Assembly: GCF_000760515.2 (NCBI RefSeq)
Contig: NW_013546334.1
Location: 1 to 35,096 of the forward strand
Direction of reading: 5' to 3'
DNA from: Mitosporidium daphniae
Taxonomy: Eukaryota
DNA length: 35,096 nt
The notes under the pieces were generated by a model, which worked only from the letters and a program-made list of their open reading frames with translations, was not told the origin of the DNA and made no database searches. The first letter of the stretch is position 1. Each line of letters begins with the position of its first letter. Made by a program: the position numbers and the translations under genes. Shown here piece after piece: positions 12,701-22,042 of the stretch.

Positions 12701-14098
12701 CCATCCGGTAAAATAAAAGCTTTCCACATTTTTTCCCTTTTCTTTTTTCTCTTTAAAATCGTTCAAAATGGCTTGGATATCAAGTTTGAGCTCGCCAAGG
12801 GGAACCTCTTTGGAAACTAAAGAGGAAGCGTGGATCACTCGAAAGCTAACTTGAGACTTATCATTGGGAAGCAGAATCCAAAATGTTTCACCCCAAAGCG
12901 GATCTTGCTGGTCAACAAGCTCTTTGGTATGGGCAGTTTCAATGCCATTGACAATGATTCTGACAAAAGGATCGACTGTGCCCATGTATTCATTTGTCTT
13001 GGGGATTTTAGCACCAATAATTCCGATACAAAGAACCCCAACCGGCTTTTGGCTTGAAATTATGGCACCATTAACGATTTCATCAACATTGAGGGTAATG
13101 CAATTTGGAGTCACCGCTAGCTCGGAAGAAACAGAGTCGATCATTGAGTTGATAAACGAATGAAGCCCCGGAAGGTCCATGATATCAAGGCTTTTCAAAG
13201 GCTTAAGCACGAAATCTACCTTTGGAGGGCTCATCAAAGAAATTTGGGCAATTTTAACGACCGGAGGAGCAGGCATCAGCTTGAGTTGAATCCTTGCATG
13301 CACCTCGACACTAATGTTTTCCACTAGAATTGGAACATCAACACCAACTAAGGAAGAGCCGAAACGGGCTGCAAGGACGATTTGAGACGACCATTTCCGA
13401 TGGGCAACGCCCCGTCTCAAAGGATACATCACGTCCTCTGTGGAGCGGCGAGGTACAAATGCCAGTCGTATTTCGAAATGAATGACATCGTCGGGCGTAT
13501 CCGGGTACCGCCGAAACCCAAGGATTACAGGAGGCTCACTTCCCAGAGTAAAGGTGGTGAGTTTAAGTGCACTCAAAAAGGAAGGACAGGCATCTTCAAG
13601 AGCCTCATTGACAGTATCGATCAAGGTTGCAGAAAGAACGGGCTCGTATACTCCCCAAATTCGGCCTACAATGTAATTGATCCATTCCGCAGACTCCTCA
13701 TGTGAGGAAATCGAATTTTTGGCTGCTTCTCTGCGTAACGCAAACAGTTCAAGTTCAGCAAATCGGTTGACACGCCTTTTATACAGTACAACCATCGATG
13801 AAAGTGTACCTACAAGCCACAGGAAATGGAAGTTATAATGTCCCAATAGCCAAGTGACGATCAAGTAAAAGATCAGCAAGCATGGGATTTCAAATTTGTC
13901 GATCATTGTGGGCATACTTTTTGCAGCATGGCCACTTTTTTGAACAGCCTTATTTGCCTGAATGGCAAGTGGGTTTATTGGTGGCGCATTAATTAGCTCC
14001 TCAAGCTCCTCCACCTTTTTGTCCCGAATTTTTTTCTCTTCTGGGGTGAGATTTTTCTGTAGAAATTGTTTCTTTTCCTCTTTTGGGATGTGCAGCAT
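9707..14098 (-). CDS. Tricalbin / extended synaptotagmin (TM hairpin, SMP domain, several C2 domains)
   Basis: 1463 aa ORF with an N-terminal hydrophobic hairpin, SMP motifs 'ESAEWINYIVGRIW', 'FTLGSEPP' and 'LDIMDLPGL', and a C2 motif 'AANLKAVDSGGTSDPF..KKSLNPEWNE..VFDWN'. Confidence 0.92.
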   Translation of the reverse strand: MLHIPKEEKKQFLQKNLTPEEKKIRDKKVEELEELINAPPINPLAIQANKAVQKSGHAAKSMPTMIDKFEIPCLLIFYLIVTWLLGHYNFHFLWLVGTLSSMVVLYKRRVNRFAELELFALRREAAKNSISSHEESAEWINYIVGRIWGVYEPVLSATLIDTVNEALEDACPSFLSALKLTTFTLGSEPPVILGFRRYPDTPDDVIHFEIRLAFVPRRSTEDVMYPLRRGVAHRKWSSQIVLAARFGSSLVGVDVPILVENISVEVHARIQLKLMPAPPVVKIAQISLMSPPKVDFVLKPLKSLDIMDLPGLHSFINSMIDSVSSELAVTPNCITLNVDEIVNGAIISSQKPVGVLCIGIIGAKIPKTNEYMGTVDPFVRIIVNGIETAHTKELVDQQDPLWGETFWILLPNDKSQVSFRVIHASSLVSKEVPLGELKLDIQAILNDFKEKKEKGKNVESFYFTGWAPYFSLAPDKPSLVKGELKYSVAFFPTVSWISPEEKDLVEHTEGAGIIDIAFHQAIELTPKKSTHAKAMNLYAEGAIVPSHLFETSEDHSSKLKLDSFANIPSSAYFRTRTKKKTNSPIWSQKIKTFVKDASLSSLWIQIREERDFSGPSLVGELVLPLSDTLLQTDTTLDDDWFQLNKSSSGKVRITYTWDPITSLEDAESLELEAVGGESGSLSRTPSVGLAHLTVLEADGFSAANSIGSNFYVKAFLGGPKGSSGGTEPLISTRSISLSDTGGAPPRLIWLDGAWAFIKNMDGTFTFELFESGSKAFLSAAKGRSDGGSKSGDLLLASCSLKIEDVMNDPAVYLNHWLTLKTLESADYCRLRIELAYWPVLRPELPIMPTHSVGILRVKILRTSGFVDSGDPIRPSTLVNVMKLVGGSAASESVIEELISSGAKKLSSSSKQLEWKESFEWIVVDSQNSALSLSLNCVSKKAKKYTSRPDLGSVRIPIVDIISKQNSAAPAKKDNSAGVTTEIGEVWPFSTFDPNFFDPSSSVPGICLEINYRPLDIDYCKNASTTELLNELLSFVSSEEVPGYIVLRIQSAANLKAVDSGGTSDPFSLIKLNGIELGKTSVIKKSLNPEWNERFVLPVRSLRYSILGFEVFDWNRVDSIVHLGTISMPLLQMIFESTFKKNQPSGNAQAIYRDIAPDAVSDSMLADFTATLGDTTSGTIFLHVAFVENAAEFKGLTEHLDSSGGLMTSTKGFFKGVGSVFVGATATVAFAPMAGGKFLAKKGLGLFSRHGKHSSDAPATTNQVAFADNPVISKVNIQLKGLVFGKNVSDQAKEFYVKARGQGSILGKSQRQSIASTDSATESPIKDIPTTHFDLAIREGHNEPIVFYTKLLLNGDDEEENDDLVKAGPRFVFSPADITLAPEDKEAYVWLQDIDHSDSSDAGGTASSKERRAEASKSVYFETLLQKEDMFKKFKSNIITSRNLPESSKSTDASYLSLLISKIN

Positions 14099-14282
14099 AA
14101 AACAGAATAAGCTTTTGAGATCACTTTATCTATCATCATTTATTTATAGCCAAGGCACATGATTGGATTTTCATTGTAACCAATGGACTTTTGAAACTTT
14201 ATTTAAAATTAATTTAAAACCAGGCCCAATTCCATTTCAAATTAATTTAAAATTTAATCTCAGCAAAGATATACTTTGTTCG

Positions 14283-16572
14283 ATGAGCGAGGAACCCGAA
14301 CATGAGATTGGACCAATGCCTAAAAATGCACAGGAAGAGCACAAAATCAGAAAAATACCGGGCAAAAACAGCACAGAGCCATTAGCAAGCACAGAGCCAT
14401 TAGCAAACACAGGACCATTAGCAAACACAGGGCCATTAGCAAACACAGGGCCATTAGCAAACACTCCGCATGCATCTTCTTCACAACAGGGATCCCTTGA
14501 GACGCAGCAAAATCCCAAAAAACCGAAGTCATCTGCAGCCTTGTCACCAGCCATAAAATTTGACTTGGAACAACTGCCGAATTCGAAAAGATATGAAAAG
14601 AGCTATCTTCACAGGGATAACGTTACGTTGGTTCTAATTACCCCGTACTATGCTTGCTGTTCTAACTTTTAGTGAGACCGATTTTCTCATTACGGCATCT
14701 ATTGATGGGATTGTTAAATTCTGGGTCAAGGCAGAAAAGGGGATTGAATTTGTAAAAGCATTTAAATCTCACGCCGGCCCCGTGGGAAGACTCGCAACCA
14801 CCAAAGACGGGCTTTACTTGGCCACAATTGCAGTTCCTTCGGCAAAGGATGGCACCCTTAAATTGTATGATGTTGTAAATTTCGACATGTACCAAAGTGT
14901 CCCGGTCTCGTTTACGCCCCTCGCGTTAGCCTGGTGTTCTTTCAAGGCGTTTCTTTCGGCAAATATTATTTTATCTTCCGCTGAAAATACAAATGTATTT
15001 GTCATTGATTCAAAGTCAGGTAGCCTGCTTCATACGATTTGTCTTGGCTCGTTGCATTGTTCCCCAATTGAACTCCTGGAATTCAATCCCAAATTTGATG
15101 CTATGCTGTCTTCAGATATTAAACACGGTGTCTCCTTCTGGGGAATCGATTTAAATTACAACCCAGCCATATCGGCCAACTCGCTTTTTGCTACCAAATC
15201 CCAAACGGACTTTGGAGTTTTTGACAAAAAGCAAAGCCATATTTTGTCGATTACGTTTTCGCCGGACTATGGCAGGTTTGTTATCATGGATTCAAAGAGA
15301 CAAATCCGTATCTTTTGTAGCAAGTCTTGTCGGATTACCCATCAATTCGACGAGAGCTTAGAAAGTGCCTCTCGCCTACGCGACCTAGCATTCAAAAGGA
15401 AGGATAACCCTAACCCCCAAATACTCCCCTATCTAGTGGAACAGTCTGATTTTGATAAACGTCTTTGTTTGGAAAAGGACATCGATGGCCAAGTTGGATT
15501 GGCACTGGCCATACAAGACCACTCCACGCTGAATTCTCTTCGTCGAAATTGCGTTTTCAATGCAACAGGCACTCTTCTTCTATTTCCGACTCTGTTTGGA
15601 ATTAAAGTTGTGCATTTGGAATCCTCCTCCCTATTGTCCGTAATCGGTATGGAAGATGCAGGTGCTTGTCGCTATTCATGTGTGGCCCTTTTCCAAGGCA
15701 CTTGCTCCAAATATTCGAATACAAATTCCATCAAAAAGGCACTTCCAAGCACGGACATGTTGGCATCCGATAACCCTGTTTTGAAGGACATGTTTTTGCC
15801 TCCCGATCCTGTTTTATTTGCAACGATGTATAGAAAATCAAGATTTGTCTTGCTTTCAACAAGGCCGCCAGTGAAGCTGTAATGTGTCGCCCATGTAATT
15901 TTCCATGTAGATCCGAGCGAGATGTTATGAATGAAAAGGCCATCCGGGATGAGCATAAGGTAGAGGTGAAAGCACTTCCATATGAGGAGGATCCATCTCT
16001 CCTTGCAACGGCAAAGGGGAGAAAAATCGCTCTCATATACACCAACCTTGGCGAATTTCAGTTTGAGCTTTTCCAGGCTGAGGCGCCAAAGGCTGTCGAA
16101 AATTTCATTTACCTTTCCAGGCGAGGGTATTATGACAATGTGATATTCCATCGCATCATTAACGGGTTTATGATCCAAACAGGCGACCCAGCAGGTTGTT
16201 TCCCCTACACCACTCATGCCTAGGTGATGGAACCGGAGGGGCATCCAAATGGAACCGAAATTTCGAAGATGAAATTGTGCCCGCTTTGAGGCACGATAAA
16301 CCCTACACCGTTAGCATGGCCAATTCGGGGCCCAATTCCAACGGTAGGCCATTTCATTTGATTTGATCCCTTGTTTAGGGTCCCAATTTTTTGTGACAAC
16401 CATTGCTTGTCCTTGGCTGGACGGCAAGCACACCATATTTGGGCGATGCATTTCCGGAATGGACACCATTCATAAGATTGAGAAAACCCCTGTAAACAAG
16501 TATGACCGACCAACGAAAGAGGTGCATATCATCGGCATCGACATCAAGACAGACGCCGGCCATCGAGAATAA
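14283..16572 (+). CDS. PPWD1: WD40 + cyclophilin spliceosomal PPIase (PPWD1/Cyp15)
   Basis: '[15 protein letters not shown]', '[22 protein letters not shown]', 'ERDVMNEK', and cyclophilin motifs '[15 protein letters not shown]', '[15 protein letters not shown]', '[10 protein letters not shown]'. Introns 14645-14672, 15879-15910, 16195-16223 and 16344-16378. Confidence 0.95.
14373..14462 (+). repeat. Coding minisatellite, 5 x 18 bp (ACAGRRCCATTAGCAARC), encoding T(E/G)PLA(S/N)
   Basis: Five contiguous near-identical units start at 14373, 14391, 14409, 14427 and 14445. Confidence 0.97.
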
Positions 16573-16581
16573 ATATTTATT
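16568..16581. terminator. Palindromic AATAAATATTTATT, candidate bidirectional polyadenylation signal
   Basis: Perfect 14-bp palindrome giving AATAAA on both strands. It overlaps the PPWD1 stop and lies 5 bp past the stop of the convergent gene. Confidence 0.55.
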
Positions 16582-16586
16582 GGCGT

Positions 16587-17257
16587 TTATATTTCGTCGT
16601 CAGAGTCTCGGTCAGAGCGGTCGTGGTTGTTCGATCTATGGTTGTTGTTTGGGGAGACCTTTTTAAAAATGCCTTGGATTGAGCGAATTCAGCGATACCT
16701 GAAAGGGAAATCCTTTTCTCCAACTGGCCGGTGGTAAATGCGGTTGTTCCGCCCAGTTCATCGAATCCGATGATCCTACCCGTGTCAATGGTGCAGAAAT
16801 AGAATACCTGTCCGTCCGAATACCGTTTAAAAATACATCCAGACATGGAAGCACCTTGATTGCTAGCTTTTGCGTCAGAAAGGGCGCATCCAGCACATCC
16901 ATACGAGCCCATCGGATCATTGGATGAAGAGCCGCTAGTTTCTTTCAAAACAATTGATGCCAAATCGAATACCTTCAAATGGCAGTCTAAAACTTCACAG
17001 GTTTTGAATGAAGGCAGAAAAAAGTGGATGATAACCAGGGGCTCCTTTGTGGTCCACTCGAAAACCTCGGCCTCGTTTTGAGCAGAATGCAAATATCCGT
17101 AATGAGGCATGCTGCTGTCTTTCACTGGCTTGAGGACAGATTGCTGAAGCTCCTTCAGCCTTCGAAGGCGGTATTCACAAAAGAAAGAATCGTTTTCAGC
17201 AGAAAGGTTTTCCAGCTCCAAATCCAAACAGCACTCATCGCTATCAGAACGCGTCAT
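16587..17257 (-). CDS. PLP1: Phosducin-like / thioredoxin-domain protein 9 (CCT co-chaperone)
   Basis: 'YRLRRLKEL', 'VIIHFFLPSFKTCEVLDCHLK', 'APFLTQKLAIKVLPC', 'RIIGFDELG'. Introns 16972-16942, 16807-16776 and 16698-16673 give an acidic end DRDSDDEI*. Confidence 0.88.
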
Positions 17258-17306
17258 TGGGCAAATTAAAGATTAAATTTTATTTAATGTACGAGGCTCC
17301 GCGTAA

Positions 17307-20300
17307 CTACTGAAAAATTGTGGAAAGGCCCAGTGGTTCGTTTAAATCGCTCAGCGAAGTACTGGAGGATGGAGCGGTGGAGCTCAAGCCTGACCCGGCG
17401 TACAACAAATGCGGTCTCTTATTTCTGGGTGCTTGAGCAAGATATGGGAGCGAACTTCCAAGAGCCTTTATTGTGGAGGCGTCGTCATCAAGTTTGTAAA
17501 GACTGCTAGCTTTTACGCCAGTGATTGGCTTGAGAAAGTTTTTCAAAAGACTTTTTTTCTTCTTTAAATCATCTGTCAGGTAGAATTCGTTGATAAAACA
17601 AGTGAAAGCTTCAGAAACGACCCCGCCAAATAGTTGCTTCAAGAGCACGTCCTCAAATTGAGGCTTGCAATTGGTTGCCAAAGCGACAATTAAAGAAATG
17701 TTGGATTCGTGGTTTTCCGCGTGATAACCTTCATTCAAAAGCCGTAATGTTTCCAATAACATTTCGTTGCCTAGGAATTCGGAGAATTCCGAATATCCAG
17801 CAAGCATCGCCACGATACGTTGGCTGATATTGATAGCCTTGTCACATGAGACGGAATCCTTCCACCTCATCATCAAAAGCAGAGATCGAAGCATTGGAGA
17901 ATAAATATCCTATGGTAAGTAATTCTATCACACAGGATACCTTGTTTTGGAAAATAAATTGCAGCAAAGGCGTTGCATTTTCTAGGGAATGCGTTTTCGA
18001 AACCAAAGATTGGCGCTCCGAAATGGGGACAAAAATATTGAACAAATAAGTGGAAAACGAATGACTGGCTTGGCGAAGCAACCGCTCAAACAGCAAATTT
18101 TCCGATATCGAGGCATCGTCTGTTTCAACATCGCTTACCAACAAAAGCTCTATGGATGACGAAGAAAGCTTCCCATAAACGTCCCATTGAGAGGAGAGAA
18201 ATTCCCCAACATAAGAGGCCAATTGAGGTACCCAAGACGCTAGAAAAGCCCTGTATTCGCTTTCTGGGCAATTGATGGTGCAAGGCTCGGCCACAAGTAA
18301 AAGAAAGTACTTTATAAATCTCAGCTGCATCGACGAAAAGTCTTGGAATAAAGAGGACACGAAAAGGGAGATCGGTATTTTCTGATAAAATAGCGCCCCA
18401 TACTGGGATGCCGTGCCGATGATGGAATACGAGCATTGTCGGATATTATTCAGCCAAATACGAATGGAAGTTTCAAGTGCTTCCAGGGGCATAATTTCAT
18501 CTTCGCTTCGGGAGTATTTTGAGCCAGAAAGAAACACCCTCTTCTCCTCCTTTGATAAGTCGAGAAGAACATTTAAGCGGGAACGTTTTTCGATATGTAT
18601 TGATCTCCAAACATCTGCATTCCAGATGGAATGCAAATAGCCGATGACTTTCAGAACTCTGGGAATGATAAGTTCGACAAGAATTGTCGAAGCTTGCAAC
18701 GTTTGAGGAGCAATATGAATCAAAGCAGACGAAGAAGGTACCAAAGAAGACGGCAAAAGCCTTTTTAGAACCACCAAAGAAACGTTGCATAAGTATAAAA
18801 GAGAATTCCTGGAACTCTCCGAATACTCCAATCTGCCCTTTAAAGAGGACGGGTTATTGACGATCTCATCCAACAAAAAAGTGGTTAGGCCGCATGACTC
18901 CACGAACGCCTCGAAATTTTCCAAAAGATGCCCAACAACCGCATTGTTGCTCCATTCTTGAATGATCGGCAAAAAGACAAATTCGTAGCACTTTTCTCTA
19001 TCGATGTCCGTTCCGGCTTCCTGAACGATGATAAGAAGGAATTCGATCAACGAAGCCTTTTCAGACAATCCCAGTGGGCTATCTGAAGCAAGAAGAGTCT
19101 GGATTTGCCGCGAAATCGTGCCAAAATACCGTATCAGTTGAGACGAAAATCCAACGGCAAGCTTAACCAGCCCCGTTGCTGCCCGGCGTTTGAGATTGAT
19201 AATTGAATCCCGATCGCCAGAAACAGTTAACGAGATCAAAGGAACAAGATAGTTATATACAGTGATGATGTTTTCCAGGTTACATTTTAAGAACAGGCAG
19301 CAAGAAACAATGGCCTCGACAACCTTTGTCAGACACAGCGGATCGGGCCGATTGAACGAAAGCAAAATGGACAATACAGAGTGGAATTTTGAAACCAGAG
19401 ACGCCCTGACGCCGCCCTCAGAGGGCTCCTTGAAACAGCCATTGATGTCCCCAATTGACATCAAAATGGCATCCATCACACTTACGATGGACTCTAAATT
19501 CATGTAGTATTTTGATGAAAATGAGCAAACACGATTTCCCTGTTTTCCCTCGCCAATGAGGGCATCGTAGTTTAGCTGAGAAAAATTTTCCACTGCAGAA
19601 ACGACTAGCAACAACATATCCAAAGGCTACCCCATTAGCAATTCAAAAAACCTGCCTTTACTCGGGAAATGCCTCTGATCACATCAAGATACCTACTCTT
19701 GGCGCATGAAAGGAAGATTGCGTATTCCTCTTGATTGTCAAAATCTAGCTCATAAAATCTCTTTTGGTTTGAGTTCTTAAATGAATGCATTTCTGCAGAT
19801 TGAAGCACTTTGTTCGTGATAACATCTATAAGCTGTGCAATGTTAGAGAAAAAGGTATTGTTTTTGTATAGTTTCTCGTGTTTAAACGCGTTCAGCCAAA
19901 AAGAAATCGTCATCGATGAAATATAATCGCTATCACTTCCCAGTAGCATTAAAACGATTTTCAAATACTCCAAAAAGGTCCTTTCATCGGCCAAAATGGA
20001 TTTCTTCCCGCAAAGCTGATGGGTTCCAAACTCGCAAACGAATTCTGAAATACACTTCACCAACTCATAGTTAGTTCCGGAAAATGGATCTCCCAATAAA
20101 GAGGCGGTAAATGAGAGAAAGTCTGCAAATCGGTCCATGATAGGTCTCCATATTGATATCTGTTCTTCAACTTGTCCAGGGGATTTTTTCACAAGCACAT
20201 TAAGAACCTCAACAACTCCCATAAATATCTTTTCATCATTAGATAGCCACATGGACAAGTACTGTGTAAAAGATGTCTGGACCACTAAAGACAGCGGGAT

Positions 20301-21113
20301 AAATTCGGCAAATGCCGTGCACAGCTTAAGGCCTGTAATGAAAAGAGCCTTGGGCGCTGATGAAGAGGAGCCCGAAGAAAGCGCGCCAGTAGACTCCCCT
20401 TTGGATTCCATTAATTGACCGTATTTGGAGATGATGAAATTTACGAATGATGGCCAAAAAACGCGAGACTGGTTGACAATGGCTGACTTCAAATCAAATT
20501 TTCTGCAGTCAGACATGTGCGGATCAACAAAAATAAAAACTTCCTCGATCAAGTGCGTTATTATCAGCAGTGACAGCTCCATGTGAATGTACTTGAAAGT
20601 TAAAAAAGCATACCAACCTGAGCAGAACTCATCAACGACTCCAGCATTGGCCAAAGCTCCGGCCAATTTTGTGGCCACATTCTGACAGCCACAGAAACGG
20701 CAATTTTCGATATTTTTTCCTTAATAGGATATGGTTCTTCTCCGAAGCCGCCCTTCATTTGTGATAAAAGAAGTGTAACAATTTGGTCTCGTAGCGCGAG
20801 CTGTTGCGTAAAATTCCAGTTGTTCCATTGCGTATTGAGAAAGTGCTCAATTACATGGCAACCAAAGAGCCTTAGATTTAGCGGAAGGTCATTTTTGCAA
20901 GATATCAATTGAATGCTAACGGAGAGAGCCTGGTCAGATTCTTTGAGCGACTGCAAGAACTATCGTGGAATGAACATCATAACACTCACCGACTCTGAGC
21001 GTTTCCTATCTACAATTGTTGCCTTTGGATCCAAGATTATATCAAGAGCCTTATTTATTGGAGAAACTACAAATAAGAATAAATTGCCAACCTTGGGATA
21101 AGGCGACATCCAT
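17307..21113 (-). CDS. MSN5: Exportin-5/Msn5 karyopherin
   Basis: Importin-beta-type N-terminus (ALDIILDP..RKRSESFLQSLKE; LRLFGCHVIEH..WN), 'VAVRMWPQNWPE', 'LIEEVF', 'FYELDFDNQEEY', 'YLHSIWN', 'LLMMRWKDS'. Introns 21091-21067, 20989-20960, 20617-20592, ~19655-19627 and 17940-17910. Confidence 0.82.
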
Positions 21114-21391
21114 GCCAAAAATTAAAAAGTTAAAATTTAAACGACTTTTATGGCTATTTGTCGCCATTTATGGGAATTTACGTGAGATGGCGAGCATGTG
21201 GGCTCAAATGCATTGTAAGGACGGGGCTAAATGTTGACAATAAACTTGATTTCTGAATGCGCCGCATTAGGAGTCTCTTGCAATATATTTTGATTCAGAG
21301 TCCTCTCTCGACTCCGATGGTGGTATTTTAGTTTGCAAGCTTAAAAATCATCTGAATAATGGATGGCTCTAAAGCCCTCTACTTGCCAATA

Positions 21392-21440
21392 ATTTTACGC
21401 GTCTTTAGGGTCCATTTTACGCGTCTTTAGGGTCCATTTT
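21392..21440. repeat. Perfect 22-bp tandem duplication (ATTTTACGCGTCTTTAGGGTCC x2.2)
   Basis: Units at 21392-21413 and 21414-21435, followed by ATTTT. Confidence 0.97.
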
Positions 21441-21534
21441 CCACCAAAGGAAATAGGTCACTAAGACATTTGATCAAACAAAGCCAGGCTGATGCTCACT
21501 ACAGCTCGGGCATTTGGAGTTTAATCTTGAAACT

Positions 21535-21766
21535 ATCATGTCCTCTAATTCTAGCTCGATGCCATCGATAGATGGCCGTCACTTCTCAATTATAGAGAGG
21601 AAACATCCACCATGCATCGGCTGCAAGTTGCTTCTCAACAATGTGTGAGCTGCGTATACTTAAAAGCGGAGCAGCCCTTCATTCACAGCCTTCCATCGAA
21701 GCAATGCAGCGTTTCAACGTCGTTTAAAGTCTAAGGCTAGGGCTGTCTATAACTAGAGGTCATGAT
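21535..21766 (-). ncRNA. Candidate structured ncRNA domain of unknown class
   Basis: A closing stem of ~18 bp (21535-21554 with 21747-21766) encloses four arms. A G-U pair favours the minus strand. No ORF is present. Confidence 0.5.
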
Positions 21767-21956
21767 GAGGCTTAATTTTAAAAAATTACATCACTTTGAA
21801 GGGATTCACCAAGAATACGCTCGATATGCAGTAAGATTCAATTGGTTCCTTCGAAATAAAATGTAGCAGGGGCATGGACGAGCAACCGAGCTAGAATTGG
21901 GATTCGAGCTATAAAAACACTTTATTTATGTGCCCCAGACATCAAAATGTTGCGGC

Positions 21957-22030
21957 GTGGGTCAGAAAAGGAGCGATAGTCATCATTGCAATGGCATAAG
22001 AAAGACTAATCGTATCCATCATCATTCCAA
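21957..22030 (-). ncRNA. Box C/D snoRNA with LSU rRNA guide
   Basis: Box C ATGATGA (22025-22019), guide CGATTAGTCTTTC (22012-22000) complementary to conserved LSU GAAAGACUAAUCG, D'-like CTTA, TGC/GCA mini-stem, C' ATGATGA (21986-21980), box D CTGA (21965-21962), terminal TGG/CCA stem. Confidence 0.85.
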
Positions 22031-22042
22031 AAATGAAATCCC

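Noticed and set aside
14373..14462. CRISPR-like array
   Set aside because: The units are contiguous with no spacers, lie in frame in a eukaryotic gene, and no cas genes are present.
15405..15417. TAACCCTAACCC telomere-like tract
   Set aside because: It lies inside PPWD1 coding sequence (DNPNP) and is explained by codons.
21490..21770. Assignment to RNase P/MRP, SRP, U3, U14 or snR30
   Set aside because: Only partial look-alikes (GAGGAAACATCC, GCTGTAGTG, GGAAGGCTG) were found, without the required partner motifs.
21538..21979. Possible spliced + strand protein gene in the gap (ATG 21538; GTAAGA..TAG at 21831-21866)
   Set aside because: Trial splicings gave short peptides with early stops and no motif; the RNA structure explains the region better. 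Not fully excluded.
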